A stretch of 64,000 bases of DNA, taken from positions 567,209-631,208 of the forward strand of contig PTET01000001.1 of assembly GCA_004359435.1 (NCBI GenBank), given 5' to 3'. Source of the DNA: Flavobacteriaceae bacterium. GTDB taxonomy: Bacteria > Bacteroidota > Bacteroidia > Flavobacteriales > Weeksellaceae. Position numbers and translations under genes: made by a program. The notes under the pieces are model-generated. The model was given only the letters and a program-made list of their open reading frames with translations. It was not told the origin of the DNA and ran no database searches. Positions 28,358 to 39,202 of this stretch are shown in pieces (the first letter of the stretch is position 1; each line of letters opens with the position of its first letter).

Positions 28358-29311
28358 ATGAAAAAAATTTTTGCATTTTTAACCCTATTGGGATGGACTT
28401 TTTTACAAGCACAAGACCCAAGCTTTACCGTGTATTATGAAAGTGGTGTTTCTACCTTAACCCCAGCCCAGAAAGCAGAAATCAAAGAAAAACTCAGTTC
28501 TTTTTTAGGTTCAGACTATGGAGTTTCTTTCCTGGCTAAGGCTTACACCGACAACGTAGGATCCGCAGCATCCAACCAAAAGCTCAGTGAAAAAAGAGGG
28601 GCAAATATTCAGAAATACATCAGTGAAGCCCTAGATTTGGAGATTCAAAGCATAAAAGTAGAGTCTTTGGGTGAACAAAATGCCTCTGATGTAATAGAAA
28701 AAGCCAATTCAAACGACCGAAGGGTAGATGTGTTTATCGAAAAAGCAGAACTTAGGAAAACAGAAAAGAAAATTGAAAAGCCTGTTGTTGAAGTTCCTGC
28801 CATTAGCCCTCCGCCTGTTCCTGCCGAATTTGTATACCAAGAGAAGTTTCCAACCATCTATTTTACCCCAGGCAGAAGTGGTTCTTACATCACTAGGTCT
28901 AATTTGGCTAGATTGGATGAGCTCGTGACAATTATGCAAGCGTTTCCAGAACTTAATATTCATGCCATGGGGCATGTGTGTTGCGGGGTGAGCGAAATAG
29001 ATGAAGGGTATGATAATGATGTACAAGACCATAATCTTTCGCTTAATAGAGCACAATACGTAAAAAATTATTTGGTATCTAAAGGAATAGAAGCCGATAG
29101 AATTACCATAGAAGGGCTTGGTTTTTCTTCCCCCGCAGTATCACCAGAAAACGACAAAAAAGATGAGTCGATGAACCGTAGAGTTGAGATCAAACAAGTG
29201 TTTAAGGGTAAGGATCCTTTTATTAGACCTGTGATCAAATCTCAAGACAAAAAGGCGATCTTAGATGATAAAATCAAAACAGAAGAGCTTATTTTGGAGC
29301 CAGAAAAGTAG
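28358..29311 (+). CDS. OmpA-family protein with two OmpA-like peptidoglycan-binding domains
   Basis: Signal peptide MKKIFAFLTLLGWTFLQAQ. NQKLSEKRG...DRRVDVF and NLSLNRAQ...NRRVEIK blocks. The ATG at 28358 is preferred over the TTG at 28331. Confidence 0.8.
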   Translation: MKKIFAFLTLLGWTFLQAQDPSFTVYYESGVSTLTPAQKAEIKEKLSSFLGSDYGVSFLAKAYTDNVGSAASNQKLSEKRGANIQKYISEALDLEIQSIKVESLGEQNASDVIEKANSNDRRVDVFIEKAELRKTEKKIEKPVVEVPAISPPPVPAEFVYQEKFPTIYFTPGRSGSYITRSNLARLDELVTIMQAFPELNIHAMGHVCCGVSEIDEGYDNDVQDHNLSLNRAQYVKNYLVSKGIEADRITIEGLGFSSPAVSPENDKKDESMNRRVEIKQVFKGKDPFIRPVIKSQDKKAILDDKIKTEELILEPEK

Positions 29312-29455
29312 ATTTTTACAATCTTGACAATTTTAAATAGGGGAAGTGCTATGCTTTCCCTATTTTTTTCTTTAAACCTATGGCTTCTTTAGTTGGTAGA
29401 ATATTTGTTATACTACATTTATTGTTTTAATTTTACCCTAATATATATTTGTCTT

Positions 29456-30895
29456 ATGAGAGTAAATATTTCTTTACTATTTGGAGTTTTTGTCGGATCT
29501 GCCCTTAATATGGTTTCTGCACAAAACACGGGAGAAGAGTTTTTTGTTAAAATTGACAATGAAGCTTTTTACGCTTCAGTGCTTGAATCTTTGCTTCGAA
29601 CAGGCTTTGATAGAGATCAGAACCCTAGAAAAGTAAGTGCCGTGTATCTTCCGTTGAAAGATAAATATGATTCTCAAGCGGTTTTGGAAGCCAAAAGACT
29701 TGCAGCTCAACTTTCTGAAAAAGTATATACAGGCAAGATTTCCATGGAAGAATTGGTTTCTAAGTATGCTGATAACGGAAGTTTTTCTGGACGATGGATA
29801 TCAGCTTTTGAATTTCCATCTACCCTAGAAGATCAGATTTTTTCTACTGGTGCTGGTTTTGTGTCTTCGCCGGTGATATTAGACAATGCCGTAGCCTTTG
29901 TGAAGGTAGATTCAATTAGCCGAAAAGTTCCAAAGTTTTTTAACAAAAACGATCAAGATTTAATCCAGCGATACAATAATGCTCCAGACGCAAAAGATAG
30001 GTTTGATAATTTGATGTATGAAAACTCCTCTAGACTCAAATATTTAAAACAAAACACCATCGCTTTAAATAAAGTATTGAAATCGGCGGGTAAAATGATT
30101 TTTGATCCTAGCAGAACTTTAACTGCCGTTGGAAACGAACCTATTTATACCGTAGGTGCTCAAAATTACACCCAACAAGATCTTGTAAATGACATCAACC
30201 AGGTTTCTAAAACGCTTCAAAATGCAACCAATTCTAGGCTGCTTTTGGATGAAGTTTTAGAGAAAGCCAAGGCCAAGGTTTATCTAAACGATTACAATGC
30301 CTCCAAGCAAGAGTATTTGAAACAAGGGGAAGGAACCTACACACAGTCTTATATAGACCAAACCATTAATCAATATAAGAAACACCTAAGAGAGCAGTCA
30401 ATTTCAGACCAACAGGCTAAACTCGCTTATATTGAAGAAAACAAAGATAAACTTTGGTGGAAAGAAAGAGCTGAGGTAGACGTTTATTTGTGTTCTGATG
30501 ATAAAATTAGTACTGAGATTGCACAAAAACTTGCCAACTATGCTACGGTAAATGACATTTTAACCCAGTATAATGGAAAGACGGATGCCAATGGGCAGCC
30601 ACTGGTGAAAAGTTATTCTCAAAAAATCGAAACCAAAAGTGATTTCTTTCCTTATGGAATGACCATCAAACCAGGGGTGAAGATCTTTAAAGATGCTCAG
30701 GGAAATAGTACCGTAGTTTTGATCAAAAAAATCACTCCTCCTCAGGCGATGACCACAGAAGAGAGTTTGGCTGCAATTAGCGAAGATTATATCGAAAAGT
30801 ATGTTGCCTCTGAAATTCAAAAACTTTCTAGCACTCAAAAAGTAGAAGTAAATCAAGAGGTGAAAGATCTGCTTTTAGAAAAATTCAAAAAATAA
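29456..30895 (+). CDS. SurA/PpiD-like periplasmic chaperone (degenerate parvulin domain)
   Basis: Signal peptide MRVNISLLFGVFVGSALNMVSAQ. Parvulin-like segment around SPVILDNAVAFVKV. Start moved to ATG 29456. Confidence 0.6.
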   Translation: MRVNISLLFGVFVGSALNMVSAQNTGEEFFVKIDNEAFYASVLESLLRTGFDRDQNPRKVSAVYLPLKDKYDSQAVLEAKRLAAQLSEKVYTGKISMEELVSKYADNGSFSGRWISAFEFPSTLEDQIFSTGAGFVSSPVILDNAVAFVKVDSISRKVPKFFNKNDQDLIQRYNNAPDAKDRFDNLMYENSSRLKYLKQNTIALNKVLKSAGKMIFDPSRTLTAVGNEPIYTVGAQNYTQQDLVNDINQVSKTLQNATNSRLLLDEVLEKAKAKVYLNDYNASKQEYLKQGEGTYTQSYIDQTINQYKKHLREQSISDQQAKLAYIEENKDKLWWKERAEVDVYLCSDDKISTEIAQKLANYATVNDILTQYNGKTDANGQPLVKSYSQKIETKSDFFPYGMTIKPGVKIFKDAQGNSTVVLIKKITPPQAMTTEESLAAISEDYIEKYVASEIQKLSSTQKVEVNQEVKDLLLEKFKK

Positions 30896-30896
30896 T

Positions 30897-32198
30897 ATGA
30901 AATTTATATCGTATCTGTTCTTAAGCCTTACTGTTTTTCTTTCAAATCCACTGTTTTCTCAGGAAATTTTACTTGATAAAGTAATAGGCAAAGTAGGTTC
31001 TGAGTCAATCTTACTCTCAGAAATGCAGAGCCTATCCCAGTCTACCTCCGGAAAAGCCAGCGATTGCCAACTTATTCAAAGTTTGGTTAGTCAAAAGGCA
31101 ATGGTTCAGATGGCCAAAAGTGATACACTAATTAGTGTGAGCCAAGAAGAAGTAAACCAAAGTGCCCTAGCACAACTCAGCCAGTACAAAGCGCAATATC
31201 CATTAGAAGTATTGTTTAAGGAATTTGGTGTAGACAATGAGACGGATCTGCTAAACTTATTCAAGCCCATGGCCGAAGATGGAATTTACGTGCAAAGAAA
31301 ACAGTATGCCTTGGCCAAAGATGTAGATATTTCACCCAGTGAAGTTAGGTCTTTATATATGGAGAACCTAGCTGAGATGAGCCAAGCCATGATACCAGAA
31401 CAAATTTCGTATGCTAGACTTCAACTAGAAGCCAAACCTACACAAGAAGATATCAATGAATTATATGGTGTGATGGGCCAGATCAAACAAAGTTTGATTC
31501 AAGGAGCAGATTTTGGCACCTTGGCTAGAAAGTATTCGATAGATCCTTCTGCGCAACAAAATGGAGGTTTTCTTGGAAAAGTAGAAAGAGGCCAAATGGT
31601 TAAACCGTTTGAAAACGCTGTTTTTTCGCTTAAAGAAGGAGAGTATTCTCAGCCCATCAAAACAGATTTTGGTTATCACCTTATCTATATAAACAAAGTT
31701 GATGCCTCTGGGGTTTATGCGAGCCATATATTGCTTAAACCTGTTGTTTCGAAAGACAAATTAAATGAACTCAAAGTTCAGATGGAACAAATCAAAAAGG
31801 AGATTGATTCGGGATCTATCACATTCGAAGAGGCGGTAAAGAAATATTCTACGGATCTTACAACCAAAAACAACAAAGGCATCGTTTTTAATCCCGAGAC
31901 AGGATCTGATAATTTCGAAAGAAGCACATTGCCTATGGACATGAAATTTTCTTTGGCTGGATTAAAAGAAGGGGAGATTAGTGATTTGGTGGTAGTGGGT
32001 AACCAAGTGGAAGTTAGAAAATTGGTAAAAATTATTCCAGAACATAACATTTCCCTTGAATCGAATTATGATCTACTAAAAAATTATGCGCTAAATCTTA
32101 AAAAAGATAGATTTGTAAAGGAAAAATTAGCAGAATATTTGGGGGCTTTAGACCTTAAATTGCCTGCTGAACTACAAAGTTGCGTAAAAACCAACTAA
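30897..32198 (+). CDS. peptidylprolyl isomerase (SurA-like, PpiC/parvulin type)
   Basis: Signal peptide. GGFLGKVERGQMVKPFENAVFSL...DFGYHLIYI parvulin signature. Confidence 0.8.
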   Translation: MKFISYLFLSLTVFLSNPLFSQEILLDKVIGKVGSESILLSEMQSLSQSTSGKASDCQLIQSLVSQKAMVQMAKSDTLISVSQEEVNQSALAQLSQYKAQYPLEVLFKEFGVDNETDLLNLFKPMAEDGIYVQRKQYALAKDVDISPSEVRSLYMENLAEMSQAMIPEQISYARLQLEAKPTQEDINELYGVMGQIKQSLIQGADFGTLARKYSIDPSAQQNGGFLGKVERGQMVKPFENAVFSLKEGEYSQPIKTDFGYHLIYINKVDASGVYASHILLKPVVSKDKLNELKVQMEQIKKEIDSGSITFEEAVKKYSTDLTTKNNKGIVFNPETGSDNFERSTLPMDMKFSLAGLKEGEISDLVVVGNQVEVRKLVKIIPEHNISLESNYDLLKNYALNLKKDRFVKEKLAEYLGALDLKLPAELQSCVKTN

Positions 32199-32321
32199 AT
32201 TCATGTTATTTTTTTTAACAATTAGTTTGTAGTAATAGAAAGTTTGTCTATTTTTGGGTTTGTATAAATAAAAAAAACCTAGTTTAAAAAATTAATTAGG
32301 AATAAAATTAAAATTAATAGT

Positions 32322-32933
32322 ATGAAAAAATTATTATTTAGTATTGCCCTTTGTTTAGGATTTGCTAATGCAAATGCACAAGACTTGGATTTTGGGGTTA
32401 GAGTTGCTACTAACTTTAACAACATAGCTTCTCAAGGAGGAAAGTCTTCTGAAAGAGGAAGATTTGGAGAAGGTGCTGGTCTGTTTGCTACCTACAACCT
32501 AAGTGAAGCTTTTGCGGTGCAAGTAGAGGCTAACTACAACAATTTAGGTACTATGCCTTATACTACAGACCCAAGTGGTGCAGATCTTAACCAATCTGCA
32601 AAAACCAACTTGTACTATGTTCAAGTTCCACTTCTAGCAAAAATATCTTTGGTAGGAGGTTTGAACCTTCAAGTTGGGCCACAAGCTGGTTACCTTTTTG
32701 AAGGAACAGCTTATGCAACTCCAGTGGATGGATCAGCTCAAACTGACCTTACTACTTTAGAAGAGTTTGATTATGGTGTAGTTGGAGGAATTGGATACAA
32801 TGTACCTAATTCTCAAATTACTTTAGATGCAAGATATTACCATGGTTTATCTCCATTTACAACTTCTCCTGGTGATGATGGGGTAGAACTTCAACACAGA
32901 AACATCAACCTTTCTGTAGGTTATAAATTCTAA
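32322..32933 (+). CDS. outer-membrane beta-barrel (porin-family) protein
   Basis: Signal peptide, alternating beta-strand pattern and C-terminal ...SVGYKF with a terminal Phe. Confidence 0.75.
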   Translation: MKKLLFSIALCLGFANANAQDLDFGVRVATNFNNIASQGGKSSERGRFGEGAGLFATYNLSEAFAVQVEANYNNLGTMPYTTDPSGADLNQSAKTNLYYVQVPLLAKISLVGGLNLQVGPQAGYLFEGTAYATPVDGSAQTDLTTLEEFDYGVVGGIGYNVPNSQITLDARYYHGLSPFTTSPGDDGVELQHRNINLSVGYKF

Positions 32934-32951
32934 TTTTAGAATATTTCAATC

Positions 32952-32981
32952 AAAAAGCCACTCATTTGAGTGGCTTTTTTT
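32952..32981 (+). terminator. rho-independent terminator after the porin gene
   Basis: AAAAAGCCACTCA / TGAGTGGCTTTTTTT hairpin. Confidence 0.85.
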
Positions 32982-33139
32982 ATGCTTTGTTTTAAATACC
33001 AGTTGCTTTAGAATCATTTGAAATACGAGATATAAAAGTCGGTAGAAAGTTTTTTCTTTTTTATATTAGAGTATCTATATTCTTGTGATCTGTTATTGAT
33101 CTCTGAGATTAATTTGGAAGTTTCTCTGAGTTTAGGCAT

Positions 33140-33171
33140 AAAAAAAACCGCTCAATTGAGCGGTTTTTTTT
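33140..33171 (-). terminator. rho-independent (symmetric) terminator after the fad operon
   Basis: AAAAAAAACCGCTCA / TGAGCGGTTTTTTTT hairpin, 16 nt downstream of the acyl-CoA dehydrogenase stop. Confidence 0.85.
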
Positions 33172-33186
33172 ATCGTTTAAGATGTC

Positions 33187-34983
33187 TTACACCAAGTACT
33201 GGTTGTTGTCAATCATCCACTGTGCAATAGACTGCTCAAGGGCAATCACATTTGGATAGTTGCTGTATTTGGTGAAACGTTTCAGACCGTTGAGCATCAT
33301 TTTTTGCTCGTCTCCGCTTGCTACCGATACAATTCCTTTTTTCGCGTTTCTTTCGATGATTTCTACCGCTTTGTAAAGGTTGAGTTGTGCCATTTCGACC
33401 ATCACTTTGGCAGAAGTTTTGGCATTGGCATTGCTTGCTTTTTCGGCTCTGAAAATCGTACTTTCTGCCATGTAGATTTCTTTTAGAATTTCCGCAGCAC
33501 ACAAAATGAGTTCTTGGTTTTTCTCCAAGTCTTTTCCAAATTTTTGTACACCTGCTCCCGCTAACATGAGGAAAATCTTTTTGCAGTTTTCCAAAATCGC
33601 TTTTTCTTCAGAGAAAAGGGCAGAGTAGTCTGGTGTTGAAAAAGAAGGAATTCCCATGAGTTCTTCACCTACTTTCATAGCAGGTCCAATCAAATCTACT
33701 CTTCCTTGGAAAGCACGTTTTACAAGCATTCCTACAGAAAGAAGTCTGTTGATTTCATTGGTTCCTTCATAAATTCTTCCAATTCTGGCATCTCTCCAAG
33801 CGGTTTCCATAGGAGCATCTTCAGAGAATCCCATACCACCAAAGATGGCAATACCTTCGTCTGCACAAGATTGTATGGCCTCAGAAACATATACTTTGAG
33901 GATAGAAGCCTCGATGGCATATTCTTCGATTCCTTTGAGTTCTGCTTCTTGGTGAGATACTCCAGATTCAACCAATTTGTCCACAGCTTTTTCGATGTCC
34001 ATAGCACCTCTGTAGGTTCCAGATTCTGAAACAAAAAGGTTGGTAGCCATGTTTGCAATTTTTTGTTTGATTGCACCGAAGCTAGAAATTGGAATGTTGA
34101 ATTGTTTTCTTTCGTTGGCGTATTTGATGGCAGTGGTAAGAGTTCTTCTCTGTGCATCCAAACAACCAGCAGCAAGTTTGATACGTCCTACGTTTAGGGC
34201 GTTTACCGCAATTTTGAATCCACCGTTTCTTTCACCCAAAATGTTTTCTACAGGAATTTCTGTGTTGTCAAAAAACACCTGACGGGTAGAGGAGGAGCGA
34301 ATTCCAAGCTTGTGTTCTTCTTCCCCGAAAGAAAGACCCACCGCTTTGGATTTTTCTAGGATAAACCCAGTGATGTTTTTGTCGTCTTCAATACGAGCAA
34401 AAACGATGAACAAATCTGCAAATCCCGCATTGGTAATCCACATTTTTTGTCCTGTGATTTTGTAGTGGGTTCCATCTTCTGAAAGTACCGCTTTGGTTTT
34501 TCCAGAGTTGGCGTCAGACCCAGCTCCTGGCTCTGTCAAACAGTAAGAAGCAAACCACTCTCCAGAACAAAGTTTGGGAAGGTATTTTTGTTTTTGCTCT
34601 TCGTTTCCATACAGGTAAATCGGCATGGTTCCAATTCCTGTGTGAGCTCCATAAAGGGTTGCAAGTGAACCACTTCCCCCGGAAATAAAGTCGCAAGCTA
34701 CCATGGCAGAGGAGAATCCCATTCCCATTCCACCATACTGCTCTGGAATTGACACTCCTAGGAATCCCAATTCTCCGACCTTTCTACCCAAGTTTTCTAT
34801 CAGGGCAGTGTCTTTCTTTTCGATGGCTTCTCTAAGAGGAGCAACCTCACGGTCGATAAACTCCTTTCCAGATTCTGCCATCATGTTTTGCTCATCAGAG
34901 AAATCTTCCATGGTGAAGATGTGCTCTAATTCGGAGACTTTGGTTACAAATTCTCCTCCGTTTAATCTTGTGCTCATTTGCAA
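33187..34983 (-). CDS. acyl-CoA dehydrogenase (long, ~600-aa type)
   Basis: CLTEPGAGSD and YEGTNEINRL blocks; 598 aa. Confidence 0.9.
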   Translation of the reverse strand: MQMSTRLNGGEFVTKVSELEHIFTMEDFSDEQNMMAESGKEFIDREVAPLREAIEKKDTALIENLGRKVGELGFLGVSIPEQYGGMGMGFSSAMVACDFISGGSGSLATLYGAHTGIGTMPIYLYGNEEQKQKYLPKLCSGEWFASYCLTEPGAGSDANSGKTKAVLSEDGTHYKITGQKMWITNAGFADLFIVFARIEDDKNITGFILEKSKAVGLSFGEEEHKLGIRSSSTRQVFFDNTEIPVENILGERNGGFKIAVNALNVGRIKLAAGCLDAQRRTLTTAIKYANERKQFNIPISSFGAIKQKIANMATNLFVSESGTYRGAMDIEKAVDKLVESGVSHQEAELKGIEEYAIEASILKVYVSEAIQSCADEGIAIFGGMGFSEDAPMETAWRDARIGRIYEGTNEINRLLSVGMLVKRAFQGRVDLIGPAMKVGEELMGIPSFSTPDYSALFSEEKAILENCKKIFLMLAGAGVQKFGKDLEKNQELILCAAEILKEIYMAESTIFRAEKASNANAKTSAKVMVEMAQLNLYKAVEIIERNAKKGIVSVASGDEQKMMLNGLKRFTKYSNYPNVIALEQSIAQWMIDNNQYLV

Positions 34984-35033
34984 TTGTTTTTCAGATGAAT
35001 TTTCAAATATTGATTCAAAAAGAATAGGAGAAA

Positions 35034-36212
35034 TTACAAAACTTCAAAGATAGAAGCTGCTCCTTGTCCTGTTCCGATACACATAGAAACCATTCCGTAC
35101 TTTTGACCTCTTGATTTCATTTCGTTAATCAGTTGAACGGTAAGTTTGGTTCCTGTACATCCAAGTGGGTGACCCAAAGAAATTGCACCTCCGTTAACGT
35201 TGATGATGTCTTGGTTCAATCCCAATTCACGGATACATCCAAGAGATTGAGAAGCGAAAGCCTCGTTGAGCTCGATTTGCTCGATGTCAGAAAGTTTCAT
35301 TCCAGCTTGTTTCAAGGCTTGTGGAATGGCAACCATTGGACCCATACCCATAATGCTTGGCTCAAGACCTACAGTAGCGTAGGTTACCAATCTTGCAAGT
35401 GGAGTGATGTTCAGTTCTTTTACCAAATCCTCGGACATAATCATCACGAAAGCAGCACCATCAGACATTTGAGATGCGTTTCCAGCCGTTACTGTTCCGT
35501 CTGCAGCAAACACAGGACGTAGTTTTCCAAGTGCCTCTGGCGTAGAACCTGCTCTTGGTCCTTCATCTGTATCGAATACATATTTTTTGGTGGCTTGTTT
35601 GTCGTTTGCATCTAGGTAGTTGTATTCTACATCTAGAGGAACGATTTGGTCTTTGAATTTCCCAGCTTTGATGGCTGCAATGGCTTTGTCGTGAGACGCA
35701 GCTGCAAAGATGTCTTGGTCTTCTCTAGAGATTTTGAATCTTCTGGCAACTTCCTCCGCTGTGTTTCCCATTCCCCATCCATAAGAAGGATGAACTGCTG
35801 TTAGGCTTGTGTTTGGAACCGCTTTGTATCCTCCCATTGGGATGTAAGACATAGATTCTGCTCCACCAGCGATGATGCAGTCTGCCATTCCAGCCATAAT
35901 ACGGGTTGAGGCATATGCGATAGACTCAGAACCAGAAGCACAGTAACGGTTTACAGTTACTCCTCCCACTTTTTCGTTTTTGAGTCCCATAAGAGAGATA
36001 AGTCTGGCCATGTTGAGCCCTTGTTCTCCCTCTGGCATTGCGTTTCCAACGATTACGTCATTGATGCGTTCTTTGTCTAGCATAGGCAAATCTTCCATCA
36101 ATCTTTCGATTACTTTTGCAGCCATTTCATCTGGTCTTACAAAACGAAGACTTCCTTTTGGTGCTTTTCCTACAGCGGTTCTGTATCCCGCTACGATATA
36201 TGCTTGTTTCAT
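35034..36212 (-). CDS. fadA: acetyl-CoA C-acyltransferase (3-ketoacyl-CoA thiolase)
   Basis: Active-site NRYCASG, plus GHPLGCTG and CIGTGQG. Confidence 0.9.
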   Translation of the reverse strand: MKQAYIVAGYRTAVGKAPKGSLRFVRPDEMAAKVIERLMEDLPMLDKERINDVIVGNAMPEGEQGLNMARLISLMGLKNEKVGGVTVNRYCASGSESIAYASTRIMAGMADCIIAGGAESMSYIPMGGYKAVPNTSLTAVHPSYGWGMGNTAEEVARRFKISREDQDIFAAASHDKAIAAIKAGKFKDQIVPLDVEYNYLDANDKQATKKYVFDTDEGPRAGSTPEALGKLRPVFAADGTVTAGNASQMSDGAAFVMIMSEDLVKELNITPLARLVTYATVGLEPSIMGMGPMVAIPQALKQAGMKLSDIEQIELNEAFASQSLGCIRELGLNQDIINVNGGAISLGHPLGCTGTKLTVQLINEMKSRGQKYGMVSMCIGTGQGAASIFEVL

Positions 36213-36269
36213 TTTTGTTGTGTTTTTGTTGCTTAAAAATTCAGCGAATGTTCTATTAATTTCTCCTAA

Positions 36270-38672
36270 TTAGTTTCTAAGAGGTTTTCCTTTGGTCAAC
36301 ATAAATTGCATTCTTTCCAAAGTTTTTCTTTGTTGTGCGAGTTCTACAAAGGCCTGTCTTTCCAAATCCAACAAATATTGCTCAGAAACGTATTGTTTTC
36401 CAGAAAGGTTACCTCCTGTCATCACATAGGCGATTTTGTCTGAGATGAATTTGTCGTGCTCAGAAATGTAGTGTCCGTGTAGCATTTGGTCTGCACCTAC
36501 TAGGAACATACCCAAAGCCTCTTTTCCTTGAACCAAAACTTTTTCAGAAATTGGTTTGGTGTATCCAGCATCTGCCATAGCCAAACATTGTTTTTTGGCC
36601 TCTACAATCACACGTTCTTTGTTTACCACTACGGTATCTTTTTCTCTGATAAGAAGTCCAGAATCAAACGCTTCATAAGCAGAAGTACTCACTTTAGCAG
36701 TACCGATGGTCATGTAGGCATTTCTCAGTCTGTTGGTTTGTACATCGTCTGGAAGTACGCCAAGGGCTGCACGTCTGGTAAGTTCTTTGGTTCCACCTCC
36801 TCCTGGAAGCAATCCTACTCCAAATTCAACGAGTCCCATGTAAGATTCTGCGGCAGCAACCACTTTGTCTGAGTGAAGGGTGATTTCACATCCTCCTCCA
36901 AAAACCATTCCTTGTACCCCAGAAACCACTGGAATGCTAGAATAACGTATTCTCATGGTGGTGTCTTGGAAGTATTTTACAGCAGCGTTTAGGTCTTCCC
37001 ATTCACCATCTGCGGCAAGCATCAAAATCATACCTAGGTTTGCTCCAACTGAGAAGTTGTCTGCATTGTTGGCAATTACAAGACCTCTGTATTCTTTTTC
37101 AGCCAAATCGATGGCGTAGTTGATGGCCTCTAGTACTTCTCCACCGATAGAGTTCATTTTGGAACGGAATTCTAGGTTGATGATACCATCTCCCAAATCG
37201 ATGATTTGACCTCCCGCATTTTCCCAGATTTTTTTCTCACCTCTTAGGTTGTCTAGTACGATGTAGTTTTCTTGTCCTGGGATGGCTTTGTAAGATTTAG
37301 AAAGCACATCAAAGTACATTTTTTTGCCACCTTCTAGTTTGTAGAACGTTTTGTTTCCGTCTTTCACCATGTCTTTGGTCCAGTCAGAAACGCTGTGTCC
37401 TTCTGATTCAATCAGAGCGATACCCGCCTCTAGACCAATCAAATCCCAGTATTGGAAAGGACCTACATTCCAAGCGTAACCTGTAGTCATGGCATCGTCC
37501 ACAGAGTAGATTACATCTGAAATTTCTGGAACACGGTTAGAAACATAAGAAAGAAGAGCCGCGAAGTGTTTTCTTGTCAAATCTCCTGCTTTGTCTTTTG
37601 CTGCCAAAAGAGAAGCGATTTTTTTGCCCAATCCTCCTGCTTGTTTTGCAGCTTCAACCGCTGGCAGGGTAGGTCTTTGCTCTTCTCTGTACTCAAGAGT
37701 ATTCAAATCCAAAGCCAGACGAACATCTTTTCCATCTGCACCTTTGGTTTTGGTGTAATATCCTTTTCTGGATTTGTTTCCAAGGAAGTTGTTTTTAATC
37801 AAAAACTCGATAGACGAAGAAGGTTTCAATGCATTGACCATGTTGTCATGTGGAGCATTTTCTTGCAATCCATGGGTTACTTTCTCAGCAACATCTACCC
37901 CAACAAGGTCTGTTAGTTTGAAGGTTCCTGTTTTGGGTCTTCCGATGATTGGACCAGTCAAAAGGTCTGTTTCTTCAACGGTAAGTCCTAGGTCTGTAGC
38001 CAATTCGCTGATTTTTGCCATAGAATATACCCCAACTCTGTTTCCGATGAATCCAGGAGTGTCTTTACACAAAACAGATTTTTTTCCTAGGTACAATTCT
38101 CCGTAGTTTACAAAGAAATCTACCACAGCTTGGTCTGTATCTGGAGTTGGAATCACCTCGAAAAGTCTCAAATATCTCGGTGGGTTAAAGAAGTGGGTTC
38201 CCAAAAAGTGTTTTTTGAAATCTTCGCTTCTTCCCTCTGTCATCAAATGGATTGGAATTCCAGATGTGTTAGAAGAAACAAGAGAACCTGGTTTTCTAAG
38301 TGCATCTACTTTTTCGAAAACAGATTTTTTGATGTCCAATCTTTCGATGACAACTTCGATAATCCAGTCAGAATTTTTGATTTTTTCCAAATCGTCTTCC
38401 ATGTTTCCAATGGTGATTCTGGAAGCAAAAGAAGCATCGTACAAAGCGGCTGGTTTGTTTTTCATCGCCTCCCCAAGGTGGTGAGCCGCAATTTTGTTTC
38501 TAAACGCAGGGCTCTCCATGGTAAGACCTTTGGCAGTGTCTTCTGGTGCCAATTCTCTCGGTACGATGTCTAGCATCAATACTTGAACTCCAATGTTGGC
38601 GAAATGGCAGGCGATTCCTGTTCCCATAACCCCTGAACCTAATACGGTTACATGATTAATGTGTTTTTTCAT
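36270..38672 (-). CDS. bifunctional 3-hydroxyacyl-CoA dehydrogenase / enoyl-CoA hydratase (800 aa, dehydrogenase domain N-terminal)
   Basis: NAD-binding VLGSGVMGTGIA at the N-terminus. Crotonase-fold C-terminal half (GGGCEITLH). Confidence 0.9.
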   Translation of the reverse strand: MKKHINHVTVLGSGVMGTGIACHFANIGVQVLMLDIVPRELAPEDTAKGLTMESPAFRNKIAAHHLGEAMKNKPAALYDASFASRITIGNMEDDLEKIKNSDWIIEVVIERLDIKKSVFEKVDALRKPGSLVSSNTSGIPIHLMTEGRSEDFKKHFLGTHFFNPPRYLRLFEVIPTPDTDQAVVDFFVNYGELYLGKKSVLCKDTPGFIGNRVGVYSMAKISELATDLGLTVEETDLLTGPIIGRPKTGTFKLTDLVGVDVAEKVTHGLQENAPHDNMVNALKPSSSIEFLIKNNFLGNKSRKGYYTKTKGADGKDVRLALDLNTLEYREEQRPTLPAVEAAKQAGGLGKKIASLLAAKDKAGDLTRKHFAALLSYVSNRVPEISDVIYSVDDAMTTGYAWNVGPFQYWDLIGLEAGIALIESEGHSVSDWTKDMVKDGNKTFYKLEGGKKMYFDVLSKSYKAIPGQENYIVLDNLRGEKKIWENAGGQIIDLGDGIINLEFRSKMNSIGGEVLEAINYAIDLAEKEYRGLVIANNADNFSVGANLGMILMLAADGEWEDLNAAVKYFQDTTMRIRYSSIPVVSGVQGMVFGGGCEITLHSDKVVAAAESYMGLVEFGVGLLPGGGGTKELTRRAALGVLPDDVQTNRLRNAYMTIGTAKVSTSAYEAFDSGLLIREKDTVVVNKERVIVEAKKQCLAMADAGYTKPISEKVLVQGKEALGMFLVGADQMLHGHYISEHDKFISDKIAYVMTGGNLSGKQYVSEQYLLDLERQAFVELAQQRKTLERMQFMLTKGKPLRN

Positions 38673-39129
38673 GTTGTGCGAAATTTTTATTTTGGATGGT
38701 TAATTGATTCGTTAATTCATTGATTTTATCTAATACCTTATAAAAGGTCTCGGATTCTTCCACTGTGATGTGTTTTTCAAGCTCGCTGTAAAAATACAGA
38801 ACCTGTGATTTGGAAATGTCCCGAAGGATGAGTCCCTCCTCTGTCAATTTGATGATGACTCCTCTTTTGTCCATAGGATTGGGAGTTCTGGTTATCAATT
38901 TTTTTTCTTCCAATTTGGAAAGAGTTCTGGACAAACTGGTAGGTTCAATCCCCATTTTGGGGCCTAGAGAAGTAGAAGGTGTGCCTCTTTTTGGGTCTAT
39001 AGAGAGCAGAGTATATCCCATCACCATACTGGATTCATGCTTGGAGGCACTCTGGTTAAACATCTTGGTGATGTTCATCCATGTGCTACGGATGGCATAG
39101 TCTATATTTTGTATTGTTTTGGGTTCCAA
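38656..39129 (-). CDS. MarR-family transcriptional regulator (first gene of the beta-oxidation operon)
   Basis: Winged-helix segment LGPKMGIEPTSLSRTLSKLEEKKLITR...DKRGV. Its 3' end overlaps the fadB-like start by 17 nt. TTG start. Confidence 0.85.
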   Translation of the reverse strand: MEPKTIQNIDYAIRSTWMNITKMFNQSASKHESSMVMGYTLLSIDPKRGTPSTSLGPKMGIEPTSLSRTLSKLEEKKLITRTPNPMDKRGVIIKLTEEGLILRDISKSQVLYFYSELEKHITVEESETFYKVLDKINELTNQLTIQNKNFAQHEKTH

Positions 39130-39202
39130 AGTTTGCTTTGTTGTTAGTTTTTTCTCTACTGTTTGATAGTGATTTTAACTCAAAGTGAAAACGGTTAGAA
39201 TT

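Noticed and set aside
33732-34175. 147-aa alternative-frame ORF inside the acyl-CoA dehydrogenase gene
   Set aside because: The overlapping frame encodes conserved ACAD motifs, whereas the alternative frame has none.
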